From: Escherichia phage vB_EcoD_Fulano1
Strand: one strand, 5' to 3'
Sequence record: OL539459.1
DNA length: 51,759 nt
The notes beneath the pieces were generated by a model, which was not told the origin of the DNA, ran no database searches, and worked only from the letters and a program-made list of their open reading frames with translations. The position numbers and the translations under genes were made by a program. Below, one piece after another: positions 37,507 to 46,152 of this stretch (position 1 is the first letter of the stretch; each line of letters starts with the position of its first letter).

Positions 37507-39090
37507 TTACCCCAGCAATGTTGGATTTACGAAAACAACGCCATTAATCACACAAATATAATTTCTTTCTTCAAGCATCGGCAGCAGTTGCGTTTCCATA
37601 CGCTTCATTACGCCAGCCTGACCAACAAACGGCTTAACTTTTCGTGCAGCCTCATATATGGCGCGCACATTCAAGATCCCCTTGTTAGCCTTACCGTGTC
37701 GAGTGATAATCTCGATTAGTTTACCCATTTCAGCATCATCACCAGCATAGCCAGAAGCGTTTGCGGCGCTAATGTATGTTTTGCTCAACTCGCTAAACAT
37801 CAGTAGTGCTTCCTGAACGGTTTCAACCTCAATCTCTTTCGACTTTTGAGGGTATCCGCCAGGATTAAACCAATTGCGGATAGTGTGCAAAACCGAAGCA
37901 ATTCTGATCACCTGCTTATCCATTTTGCCAAGCGCGCCGCGCAGCATTGTATGAGAATACTTTCCGCCATCGGCAAGGTGCGGTTCCATCTCCTGACGAG
38001 CCATGTTAAGCACTCGCATTGCTGATTTGCTGATCTTAAGCTGGATGTTTGATTCGCTCATTATGTTATGGATCAGCTTAAAATATTGGCTTTTCAGTTC
38101 TCCATCAACAGGCTCATAAGTCGAATCACCGTTATCATCAACAAACTTTCGACGACCTAAAAATGATTCCTCACGCACAAGCAAATAACGCTCACTTACA
38201 CCGATACCGCGTGATCCTGCGTCCATGATGGCATTGATTGTTTCATCCTGGGCAATTACCGCCATGCAGCCAAGAGCTTTAAAACTCATATTGTTGTCAG
38301 CGTTTGCACGAGCTATAGAAACATGACCATGATCCCATGCTTTTAGCACAAGTTCGCTGTTTGTTTTGCGTTCGCTATTGGCATATGTCAGGCCTAAAAG
38401 GCTGTTAATACTCGTTGCCTCGTCTGAAATTACAGCAAAGTTACCCTGGCGATTGTTGATTCTTGCAAGTCCTTCAGGCGTGGTGTCTGAAACAGGGAAA
38501 ACAATGTCACACATCTTTTCCAGCTTTTCTTCAAGATCTTCTTTCTCCTGGTATAGCGATTCCATATCAGCGCCAGATCGCTCGCTTTTCATCTCTTTTG
38601 CAAGACCTGCCAACTTTGCCTGAATCTTTTTTCGTTCCTTCTTTCGCTGATCATTAATTCTTTCTACCTCAGCAACCATAGGAGCAAGTGCCAGGCTGTT
38701 AACGGCAGATTTACCAGTTGAAGGAGGCTGACTTGTAACAACGTAAAGAGCAGTTGGTTGATCCGTTCCGTGATACTCAACCGTGAAGCGTCCAAGCATT
38801 GCAGCAGACACGCAGCCGATAAAATGCATATATGCCGATGATTCAGGGAACTGAACTGATCGAGCAATGTTGCGCGCCAACTTACCAACAACATCAACAT
38901 CATTGCCAAGAGAAATTATAGGGTAGCGATCGTTTCCGTTATTAACATCATTAACCTCACCCCAAAAGCTGGACGATTGACGGTATCCGTTTGCCTGAAT
39001 GGACACGCGCACCGGAGATAATCCTTGTGCATCAGCTAATTCGATAATTTGTTTTGGTGTTAGTTTATTGGTTTCAAACGAAAAATTCAT
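37507..39090 (-). CDS. P-loop NTPase (putative replication/helicase-like ATPase)
   Basis: 527 aa; Walker A PPSTGKS, Walker B-like VISDEATS; function not resolved. Confidence 0.4.
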   Translation of the reverse strand: MNFSFETNKLTPKQIIELADAQGLSPVRVSIQANGYRQSSSFWGEVNDVNNGNDRYPIISLGNDVDVVGKLARNIARSVQFPESSAYMHFIGCVSAAMLGRFTVEYHGTDQPTALYVVTSQPPSTGKSAVNSLALAPMVAEVERINDQRKKERKKIQAKLAGLAKEMKSERSGADMESLYQEKEDLEEKLEKMCDIVFPVSDTTPEGLARINNRQGNFAVISDEATSINSLLGLTYANSERKTNSELVLKAWDHGHVSIARANADNNMSFKALGCMAVIAQDETINAIMDAGSRGIGVSERYLLVREESFLGRRKFVDDNGDSTYEPVDGELKSQYFKLIHNIMSESNIQLKISKSAMRVLNMARQEMEPHLADGGKYSHTMLRGALGKMDKQVIRIASVLHTIRNWFNPGGYPQKSKEIEVETVQEALLMFSELSKTYISAANASGYAGDDAEMGKLIEIITRHGKANKGILNVRAIYEAARKVKPFVGQAGVMKRMETQLLPMLEERNYICVINGVVFVNPTLLG

Positions 39091-39143
39091 TGATGATAAC
39101 TCCTTTTTTGATGCGGCAATAATACCGCACCAATGCTACCCGC

Positions 39144-39162
39144 ATTTAACAAAAAATGCTAT
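39144..39162 (-). promoter_or_regulatory. recurrent element ATAGCATTTTTTGTTAAAT
   Basis: overlaps stop TAG of HNH copy 3; hairpin with TATTAT loop; then RBS AAAAGGAG and ATG 39090. Confidence 0.45.
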
Positions 39163-39659
39163 ACGCCATGATTCTTGTGAAATGAGAAATCTTTCTGAGC
39201 TGTTTTTCTGGCAGTTTCTGCTTCATGTATCGACTCATACCGCCCTAAACTTACGTTTTTACCATTAATTTGAATTTGTGCCCTCCACTTTCCAGTTTGT
39301 TTGCAGAATGTAACTCCAGTCACCCCGCTTGAATTATTTATCTGAACAGACTTGTTCATATTGTTTTCAAGCCTTGTTACCAGCCTTAGATTTTCAATCC
39401 TGTTGTCTGCGCGATTGTGGTTAATGTGATCAACCTCCATGTTTGGCGGAATGTCTCCATTGTGCATAATCCAAACAATTCTATGCGCCAGGTATTTCCT
39501 GCCAAAAATACCAATAGAAATATACCCATTACCTTTTTCGCAGCCAGCTATGAAACCTATTTTATTCTTCTTTCCTGTATTGACCCTCCATATCAAATAT
39601 CCATCTTTGTATTCAAACAGCCTCAAAAGTATTTCGCTTGAAATTTTGCAGTTGCACAT
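39159..39659 (-). CDS. HNH homing endonuclease, copy 3
   Basis: HRIVWIMHNG, VDHINHNRADNRIENLRL, AP2-like tail; RBS GGAGGG. Confidence 0.75.
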   Translation of the reverse strand: MCNCKISSEILLRLFEYKDGYLIWRVNTGKKNKIGFIAGCEKGNGYISIGIFGRKYLAHRIVWIMHNGDIPPNMEVDHINHNRADNRIENLRLVTRLENNMNKSVQINNSSGVTGVTFCKQTGKWRAQIQINGKNVSLGRYESIHEAETARKTAQKDFSFHKNHGV

Positions 39660-40006
39660 TCGAAACCCTCCTCGCAGCGATATAGAGTAAAGCGATCACC
39701 TTGTTCATCGTAAACATACCCAGCAACAGCGCCAAGCACTCTACCACTTTCCACTTGATACCTATTTCCTTGCTTGAAAGTTTTCTTAACGCTAAGAGAA
39801 TGGTCAACGTAAGTGCAAAGTATTGTTTTTGTCTTGATGTGACGATAGTCAGACTCAACAACGTTTTGCCACTTGCTACCCTTTGTAATGCTCTTTACCT
39901 GGAATTGTTCCAACTCGATCACATCATCGCTACCAGCAATTTTTTCGTATACAGCTTTATAACGACCGTCCATCAAAACGTTGGTTTTATTGCAGATAAC
40001 TTTCAT
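39623..40006 (-). CDS. hypothetical protein
   Basis: 127 aa, RBS AAAGGAG; promoter-like element upstream. Confidence 0.4.
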   Translation of the reverse strand: MKVICNKTNVLMDGRYKAVYEKIAGSDDVIELEQFQVKSITKGSKWQNVVESDYRHIKTKTILCTYVDHSLSVKKTFKQGNRYQVESGRVLGAVAGYVYDEQGDRFTLYRCEEGFECATAKFQAKYF

Positions 40007-40062
40007 CGTTTATTTCTCCTTTCGTTTCGGTGAAGTGATTATGCCAGGCTTTTACACCTGGC

Positions 40063-40081
40063 TTTTAACAAAAAGTGCTAT
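40063..40081 (-). promoter_or_regulatory. recurrent element ATAGCACTTTTTGTTAAAA
   Basis: overlaps stop TAG of methyltransferase gene; hairpin GCCAGG..CCTGGC then CATAAT then ATG 40006. Confidence 0.45.
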
Positions 40082-40788
40082 TTTGCGTTAGCTTCAAAGA
40101 CTGCGCGGGCAAAACCGCGCGGGGTTAGGGAGCGGATCATCTTTGTGCGAGATGATTTTCCGCCAGTTTTGGCCCAGCCTGGATTATCTTTGTCATTCTC
40201 TTTCGGCAGGATTAAAGCGCGCGGAGGAATAACAAATCCGTTTCCAGTCCAAAGGCATGTTTTCTTAAAGTACCGATCCCGCGCCGGAATAATATCAGGG
40301 AAGTCGGGATGCTTATCATCTTCCGGCAGATAGCCAGCATAATCGCACGGATGGAACGTATAATCAGGCTTACGCCATAACGTTGACAGCTTGCCTACAG
40401 GATTTTCGATCATGTAAGGAACGCCGAAATAATCAGCGATATGCGCCGCGATTCTGCAAGTGTCGGCGGCCTCATCCTGGAAAGAGGGATTCTCAAGGCG
40501 TTTTTTGGACCAATGGCGAGATCCGCTATTTGCAAGGTCAGTGCACGGCGGAAATGCCATAATGAAATCAGGCTTACCCCAATTTTCAAGTTTTGCGGTA
40601 TATTTGAATAGCTCATCAATCCACACATTAACGTAAAAAATATTATCATGGATTATGCGCACTGATTGGTAATCTCCGTGATCGGCATCATCGTAATTAA
40701 AGCAAATGCATTTATATCCAGCATCAGCCCAATCTTTAACGGCTTTACCAGATCCATCAAACAAAGAGAATATTAAACCTTTATACAT
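40078..40788 (-). CDS. DNA cytosine-5 methyltransferase (Dcm-like)
   Basis: motif I LFDGSG, motif IV FPPCTD, motif VI ENPVG. Confidence 0.6.
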   Translation of the reverse strand: MYKGLIFSLFDGSGKAVKDWADAGYKCICFNYDDADHGDYQSVRIIHDNIFYVNVWIDELFKYTAKLENWGKPDFIMAFPPCTDLANSGSRHWSKKRLENPSFQDEAADTCRIAAHIADYFGVPYMIENPVGKLSTLWRKPDYTFHPCDYAGYLPEDDKHPDFPDIIPARDRYFKKTCLWTGNGFVIPPRALILPKENDKDNPGWAKTGGKSSRTKMIRSLTPRGFARAVFEANAK

Positions 40789-40797
40789 TTCATCACC

Positions 40798-41022
40798 TCA
40801 AAACGGAAAGCATCTAGGACAGTTCGGATCAAAATTGCAACCACAATCATTAACAATCATAGTTGGATCTGCAAATGCAGCGCCGCATTCATGGTCCATA
40901 TCCATTTCACCCAACGCATCATCAAGCGTCCTGATTTTATATGCCACTTCAAGCGCTGCCTCTTTATTTAATCCGGCATCTTCAGCCATTTGCAGGCGCT
41001 CAAAAAATCCGTCCTGACTCAT
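40798..41022 (-). CDS. hypothetical Cys-rich protein
   Basis: 74 aa, C-terminal CGCNFDPNCPRC. Confidence 0.35.
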   Translation of the reverse strand: MSQDGFFERLQMAEDAGLNKEAALEVAYKIRTLDDALGEMDMDHECGAAFADPTMIVNDCGCNFDPNCPRCFPF

Positions 41023-41024
41023 TT

Positions 41025-41129
41025 CATAAACTCCTTGACAACAACCAGAATAATAACAAGACCAGCAGTGACAACCAAAAGACCAGCAAGGCCAATCATC
41101 ACTCCAAATAAAATATCAAGAAATTTCAT
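41025..41129 (-). CDS. hypothetical single-TM peptide
   Basis: 34 aa ORF not in track; RBS AAGGTG. Confidence 0.25.
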
Positions 41130-41179
41130 CATTATTATCACCTTTATTTAAAGGGAGGCGAAAACCTCCCATTGATTAA

Positions 41180-41407
41180 TCAGACAGCCTTCCAGCTTTC
41201 AATAAACATGCTGTTTTCTTCCAGCAGTTTAATCAATTCTTCGCGCGTGTATTTGCGGATTTTACTACCTGGATGCGATCCAACAACAAACACACCTTTA
41301 CCGCTCGTGATTGTTAACTGGTTGATTCCACAAGATTTATCCATCTTAATGGCGACGCGGTGATGTGCATCAACAGTGTGCATGATGTTAGTGACTTTAG
41401 CTTTCAT
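41180..41407 (-). CDS. hypothetical protein
   Basis: ORF track 41180..41470 trimmed to ATG 41407 behind GAGGA. Confidence 0.35.
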   Translation of the reverse strand: MKAKVTNIMHTVDAHHRVAIKMDKSCGINQLTITSGKGVFVVGSHPGSKIRKYTREELIKLLEENSMFIESWKAV

Positions 41408-41462
41408 TATGCAATCCTCATTATATTTGGTGTGGTAACTATACCAAGTTTTCGAAATATTG

Positions 41463-41480
41463 TTTAACAATTCGTGCTAT
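41463..41480 (-). promoter_or_regulatory. recurrent element, GAATT variant ATAGCACGAATTGTTAAA
   Basis: ~21 nt upstream of TATAGT; TATAAT + GAGGA precede ATG 41407. Confidence 0.4.
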
Positions 41481-41581
41481 CAGTTGAAATAGCTATGGCG
41501 CTTTGCTCGCTTTCCATCTCCGCCATAATGATCATTTGCAACAGCTACCATCCAGGCATTATGGAATATTATTAGCTTCAT

Positions 41582-41860
41582 CTAATTAATACCCACCACG
41601 TTAAAACTTACAGCTTTTGTTCTAAACACATACGCTTCAACAGCATCACCAAATACACGAATTTTTCCATAGCCGTACTGCGCATTCATATTTCGCCAAA
41701 CCGTCCTGTTAGAGCAGAGCGCGCTACCAGTCTTAATAAGCGTATCCATCTCTTTTCTTAGATCGCGATAGTCCAGCCAGAATCTAAAGGCACGCTGTTT
41801 AATTCGCGCCGCCTTGATTTTTTCTCTTGCGCTATTGAAATCATTCTTTTCGTATGCCAT
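41582..41860 (-). CDS. hypothetical protein
   Basis: 92 aa ORF in leftward early block. Confidence 0.35.
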   Translation of the reverse strand: MAYEKNDFNSAREKIKAARIKQRAFRFWLDYRDLRKEMDTLIKTGSALCSNRTVWRNMNAQYGYGKIRVFGDAVEAYVFRTKAVSFNVVGIN

Positions 41861-42057
41861 TAAATGATCTCCATGTATGTTTCAAAGCCATTTAACTTGA
41901 ACAGGCCGTTTTCACATTTGCGCACGTTCCAAGTTAGCCCTGAGTGGTACGCCTCCATATCATCAAGGTCAATGGTGATTTCAGCACCTTTCTTAAAGAT
42001 TCCTTTCTCGTGAGTGGTGTCACGCTGTACAACTTTAACATCAACTTGATTTTCCAT
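41860..42057 (-). CDS. hypothetical protein
   Basis: 65 aa, RBS GAGGA, downstream of recurrent element. Confidence 0.35.
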   Translation of the reverse strand: MENQVDVKVVQRDTTHEKGIFKKGAEITIDLDDMEAYHSGLTWNVRKCENGLFKLNGFETYMEII

Positions 42058-42113
42058 TTTTAAATCCTCGTTCGTTGTCGATGCGCATAATATACCAATC
42101 AGAGGCGCATCGG

Positions 42114-42132
42114 TTTTAACAAAAAGTGCTAT
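42114..42132 (-). promoter_or_regulatory. recurrent element ATAGCACTTTTTGTTAAAA
   Basis: adjacent to stop of 42133..42399; hairpin 42079-42112 with TATATTAT loop; then ATG 42057. Confidence 0.45.
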
Positions 42133-42399
42133 TTAGTCCATGAATTCGATTTCGCGCTCGCCAGTTAACGGATCTACAAGCCAGAATCCGAGCGGCTCAC
42201 CGTAAACACCGCCATAGAATCCAAGCGCCGCCAGATCTTCACCGTTAACAAATACCAGATCACCGCTACGGCTTACGTGAGACACGTTAACGATAACCGG
42301 AAATGTGCGGTTTTTAAATGCAGGCCGCAGGGCGTAACACCCGTTATTGAGCAAACGTGCTTTGCGCTTAACTGGAATAGGTGCATTGATTCGCGCCAT
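42133..42399 (-). CDS. hypothetical protein
   Basis: 88 aa, stop overlaps recurrent element. Confidence 0.35.
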   Translation of the reverse strand: MARINAPIPVKRKARLLNNGCYALRPAFKNRTFPVIVNVSHVSRSGDLVFVNGEDLAALGFYGGVYGEPLGFWLVDPLTGEREIEFMD

Positions 42400-42412
42400 C
42401 TTTGTTTCTCCT

Positions 42413-42658
42413 TCATTGTTGATCGTGTTTAACGGCCATCAGAACATCACAGGACTCGTTAATAAATTTTGCCATGCGCTTATCATCACCAGCAGGGATT
42501 AGCGCGTTAAACTCGCGTTTGCTACTGAATACCGTCACTTTATGAAACGATGCGAACGGCATCGACGGGAACTCGACTGTTTGCGTCAAGATCCGCAATC
42601 CCATCTTTTTGGCCCTTACCTGGGCCTCAGCGAGTTCAAAATCCACTTCATTAATCAT
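42413..42658 (-). CDS. hypothetical protein
   Basis: 81 aa ORF. Confidence 0.35.
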   Translation of the reverse strand: MINEVDFELAEAQVRAKKMGLRILTQTVEFPSMPFASFHKVTVFSSKREFNALIPAGDDKRMAKFINESCDVLMAVKHDQQ

Positions 42659-42927
42659 TTCTTGATCTCCTCAGCAATAAACTTCAGGACTTTGCGCAAA
42701 AACACTTCATTATTGATGGTCGCTGGCAATTCCTCTTTCACTTCTTGCGGCAGGTAAACGTTGCCATGCCAGGTTAAGCAATCGTAGTTGATACGATAAG
42801 AGCAAAGCCACTCGCAATCGTTATCCGCTTCCCAAATGCAGAGTTGCAGAACATCACCGAAATCCTCAACAGTCAGATCCAGACCGTGACGCTTTGCAAA
42901 GTTGAAAGTGGTTTTGCTGATGTTCAT
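42655..42927 (-). CDS. hypothetical protein
   Basis: 90 aa ORF. Confidence 0.35.
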   Translation of the reverse strand: MNISKTTFNFAKRHGLDLTVEDFGDVLQLCIWEADNDCEWLCSYRINYDCLTWHGNVYLPQEVKEELPATINNEVFLRKVLKFIAEEIKK

Positions 42928-42975
42928 TGCTATCTCCTGATGGCTATCTCGTTTCGATGAGATAACTATACCAGG

Positions 42976-43212
42976 TTATTCCGATCGCGCTTTAACAAAA
43001 AGTGCTATTTGCTGACTGGTCATTATTCCATCTATTCCATTAATCAGGAATAACAGGAATAATTCATTCGCGATCACCTGGATTGTGAGACTTTGAGTTT
43101 GATCAATTTTAATCAGTTGATTAACTTTTTGTGTGGAGGGGATAGAGAAACGCGGCCCTCTTGCGTCCTTTCCAGCAATCCTGGCGCGCGCATCTGTTAT
43201 TTCTGTTCCCAA
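42976..43212 (-). CDS. questionable ORF (may be non-coding leader)
   Basis: 78 aa; contains dyad repeat 43022-43063 and recurrent element 42991-43008. Confidence 0.2.
   Translation of the reverse strand: MGTEITDARARIAGKDARGPRFSIPSTQKVNQLIKIDQTQSLTIQVIANELFLLFLINGIDGIMTSQQIALFVKARSE
42991..43008 (-). promoter_or_regulatory. recurrent element ATAGCACTTTTTGTTAAA
   Basis: ~70 nt upstream of ATG 42927; not at a stop codon here. Confidence 0.35.
43022..43063. repeat. dyad-symmetric element with ATTCC/GGAAT half-sites
   Basis: ATTATTCC (43022-43029), ATTCC (43034-43038), centre ATTAAT, GGAAT (43047-43051), GGAATAAT (43056-43063). Confidence 0.5.
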
Positions 43213-43549
43213 TGTTATCTCAAATAAGCCTCCGCACTTTTAGATAACAGAAACGGCGTTCATCAACAAAAAGAACAAAATAAAATTTATATATATACCC
43301 ATAAAATCAATAAGTTAGTTATATATGTATTTATATTTGTTATTTACTGTTATGCTTGTTCTGTGGGTATGTGGTGGGTGTTGATGATTCCTTCATTTAA
43401 CATTTGTACTTTTTATGCGGTTATATATATAGATTTTGCGGCATTATCGAGACAACCAGTGAACGAGATTGAACGAGCTTTAAAATCAATCACTTGCGCG
43501 CAATTTTGTTATCGCGTCAAAAAAAGATGTTATTAGAACGAAAAATCAG

Positions 43550-43578
43550 TTGACTACCTGGCTGTGAGTATTGATAAT
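43550..43578 (+). promoter_or_regulatory. sigma70-like promoter TTGACT-17-GATAAT for rightward early operon
   Basis: TTGACT 43550-43555, GATAAT 43573-43578, 33 nt before ATG 43611. Confidence 0.55.
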
Positions 43579-43610
43579 GCACGCAGACAAAACGAAAAGG
43601 GAGACAGCAC

Positions 43611-43910
43611 ATGACAAAAATGCTTGCAATAAACCGAAAACTTGAAGTGAAAGAGATGTCACAAGATGATATTGATGATTTGGCGCGCGGCATGACAACA
43701 GGTTACATGCGGAGAATTGTCAATCACTTGATTAACTCTGAACGAAATAAGGCCGTATACATCAGCATAAATCACGCTGGAGGGAATGCTGCATCAATGC
43801 GACAGATGATTAACAACGTGGCAAAAGAGTTAAATGTTGATGTTAAGACGTTTGTTGTTGATGGATTCCTGGGCCTGGTAATACTTGAAGTTAACGAAGC
43901 GTTTGCATAA
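43611..43910 (+). CDS. hypothetical early protein
   Basis: 99 aa, first gene behind TTGACT-17-GATAAT promoter, RBS AAGGGAG. Confidence 0.4.
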   Translation: MTKMLAINRKLEVKEMSQDDIDDLARGMTTGYMRRIVNHLINSERNKAVYISINHAGGNAASMRQMINNVAKELNVDVKTFVVDGFLGLVILEVNEAFA

Positions 43911-43921
43911 GGAGTAAGAGA

Positions 43922-44383
43922 ATGGAGCAAGAATTTATTAACCGCGCGGCATTTTGCGACACGTTGCGAGATATTGGAAGGGCTATCGGTAGCGGTGAGC
44001 GAGAAACCGTATTTATGCCTGAAATCTACCTGAGAAGTCGAGTTGAGGGGGGCGACGCAATTACAGCATCGTACATGCGCCAGGTGGTCAACCGTGTGCC
44101 AGAAGTAAAGCAAAAAGGCGTGATCAGCATTAAGCGAAAGGTGACTGATGAGGGTGATGGCTTTGTGTTTACGCTCACTGAAGCCAAAAGCAAGCCTCGC
44201 GTGCTGACTGGAGACGATATAGCGAAACTTGAAATCAAGTGGCGAGCAAAGTTTATTGCTCAACTTCTGAAAACCCAGCCGAGAATCAGCGACCTGGAAG
44301 GCGAGCGCCTGGAGGGTGCGGCAATCGCACTTGAGAGAATGAATGAAATGCTCAACGAGATGGTAAAGGTGGGGGATGAATAG
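43922..44383 (+). CDS. hypothetical protein
   Basis: 153 aa, RBS AAGGAG. Confidence 0.4.
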   Translation: MEQEFINRAAFCDTLRDIGRAIGSGERETVFMPEIYLRSRVEGGDAITASYMRQVVNRVPEVKQKGVISIKRKVTDEGDGFVFTLTEAKSKPRVLTGDDIAKLEIKWRAKFIAQLLKTQPRISDLEGERLEGAAIALERMNEMLNEMVKVGDE

Positions 44384-44649
44384 TGAATAAGGCATTAATT
44401 GGAGTTTTGATTGCAATTGCTACCCTGACCGGATGCGAAAAGGCATCTGAATCAACGGTAGTCGTAGGCGTGGAGTCAGATTTTAAAGTCGGTCGCCTGT
44501 TTACTGTTGATGGATGCACTGCGTACCGATTCTATGATAACGGTCACGCGATCTATTACACCAACTGCAAGGGCACGACTAGCTGGGAAGTGTCGAAAAG
44601 CAACGGCAAGGTAACGACAACAGAACATATGACAGTGGAGACAAAATAG
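44383..44649 (+). CDS. lipoprotein (signal peptide near-identical to Cor-like gene)
   Basis: GTG start overlapping previous stop; MNKALIGVLIAIATLTGC lipobox. Confidence 0.5.
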   Translation: MNKALIGVLIAIATLTGCEKASESTVVVGVESDFKVGRLFTVDGCTAYRFYDNGHAIYYTNCKGTTSWEVSKSNGKVTTTEHMTVETK

Positions 44650-44665
44650 CACTTTTTGTTAAAAC
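44646..44665 (+). promoter_or_regulatory. recurrent element ATAGCACTTTTTGTTAAAAC
   Basis: overlaps stop TAG of lipoprotein gene; CATAAT 44684-44689. Confidence 0.45.
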
Positions 44666-44744
44666 TCAAAAACGATAACCAGGCATAATAAATCACATAG
44701 GGCGGCACGGCGTCGCCCAGTTAAACCAATCAGGAGAAAGCACC

Positions 44745-45638
44745 ATGTTAAAACTTGCTGACATTAAATTCCCGATCACTTTCGAATCTCGTGGCGTTGG
44801 TCATTACATTTTTACAGATGAGAAAACATGCCATAACGTTTGGTTGCACAGCGATAAGCCAAGCCCATCAAAAATGGAGATTCAGCACTTCATTGATGCG
44901 CATAATCAGCACTACAACTCAATCCGTGACTACGGCTACGCAATGCCAGGCTACACATGCTTGCACTACAAGCCATATAAGGGCCAGGTGTTACCAGTGC
45001 GCTCACCGGAACGCGCAGAGATTCCGATGGTCAATATGAAAACCTGCGACTACAAAAAGCTGTGGTGCTTAAGTCTGGACAATATCAAGTATCCGATCAC
45101 GTTCCACACGACTGGTAAGTCAACGATTCGCTACACATCGCGCGACAATGGCGTTTATAGCGATGGTACGAAATCAGAGTTGAAAGTTGATTTCTTTGTC
45201 AACGGTCACAACAAATTCAATCCGCACAACGAAGAGGATAAAGTGTACTACGTGGAAGATATTACAAAACACTTGTTTGGCGAAACTCCATTCGGCGGCG
45301 GGAAGACGTCAATTCAAAAAATCATTGGCGAGGAGATCCACAAGGCAGCCGCTGAAATGAAAGCACCAGGAGGCTGGCGTATTGATAAGAGCGCAATTTC
45401 CTATCAAGAAATCGTAACGCAGGGCGCTATTGAAGACATGCCAGTTGCCGCCACGCTAAAAGGCGTTCAGCTTGATGACGGCGTGTGGTATGAATTAACG
45501 GCTAAGCCAAAGACGATCGAGATTCATGATGATGTTGTTATTCTTCTGCTTCATTACGGTAGCGCAAAAAACCGTGCCGTTGCGGGTGAGATTAGCATCA
45601 AGCGCGGAACGATGGTTAAGTGGAAGGTTAAGGTGTAA
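44745..45638 (+). CDS. hypothetical protein with internal tandem duplication
   Basis: 297 aa; LADIKFPITFESRG and LDNIKYPITFHTTG repeat units. Confidence 0.45.
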   Translation: MLKLADIKFPITFESRGVGHYIFTDEKTCHNVWLHSDKPSPSKMEIQHFIDAHNQHYNSIRDYGYAMPGYTCLHYKPYKGQVLPVRSPERAEIPMVNMKTCDYKKLWCLSLDNIKYPITFHTTGKSTIRYTSRDNGVYSDGTKSELKVDFFVNGHNKFNPHNEEDKVYYVEDITKHLFGETPFGGGKTSIQKIIGEEIHKAAAEMKAPGGWRIDKSAISYQEIVTQGAIEDMPVAATLKGVQLDDGVWYELTAKPKTIEIHDDVVILLLHYGSAKNRAVAGEISIKRGTMVKWKVKV

Positions 45639-45658
45639 ATAGCACGAATTGTTAAAAC
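45639..45658 (+). promoter_or_regulatory. recurrent element, GAATT variant ATAGCACGAATTGTTAAAAC
   Basis: follows stop TAA; TATAAT 45676-45681 in loop of GGCC stem. Confidence 0.45.
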
Positions 45659-45711
45659 TCAAATGTGGGGCCAGGTATAATGGCCTCACTTTCAACGAAG
45701 GAGATAAAACG

Positions 45712-45916
45712 ATGTACATTATCAAGAAGATGAAATGCGTTTCCGTTAATTATTGTTGTGCTGGAATGTTCAAGCCTAGCGAAATCTATACGGCGCAAAA
45801 ACTGAATCTTTTTACGTGAGCAATAGTAAGGGGCATCGCATGTTCCTGAACGGCGGCGAAGGCACTAAGGTTATGGCACACGCTATGGTAATGGCTGAAT
45901 TTGAGGAGGTGAAATA
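45712..45916 (+). pseudogene. frameshifted paralog of 45917..46150
   Basis: ORF 45712..45819 (35 aa) and -1 frame 45780..45916 together align to the downstream protein; frames meet at A5 run 45797-45801. Confidence 0.35.
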
Positions 45917-46150
45917 ATGATCATCGAAAACAACTTTCTTTGCGTTAAGAGCAATCGACCATTCTTCACGCCTGGCAAGGTGTACCAGGGCAAGAAGGAC
46001 ACAAGAGATGGTCACTCTTATCATGTTCACTGCAACAACGGATACAAGTTTTACCTCAACGGTAATAATGGAACTGAGATTGTTGCGTTTGAAAACGTAA
46101 TTGCCGAGTTCGAGCAGATTACAGACGCGGAATTTGAGGAAGTGAAATAA
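45917..46150 (+). CDS. hypothetical protein
   Basis: 77 aa, RBS GAGGAGG. Confidence 0.4.
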   Translation: MIIENNFLCVKSNRPFFTPGKVYQGKKDTRDGHSYHVHCNNGYKFYLNGNNGTEIVAFENVIAEFEQITDAEFEEVK

Positions 46151-46152
46151 TC

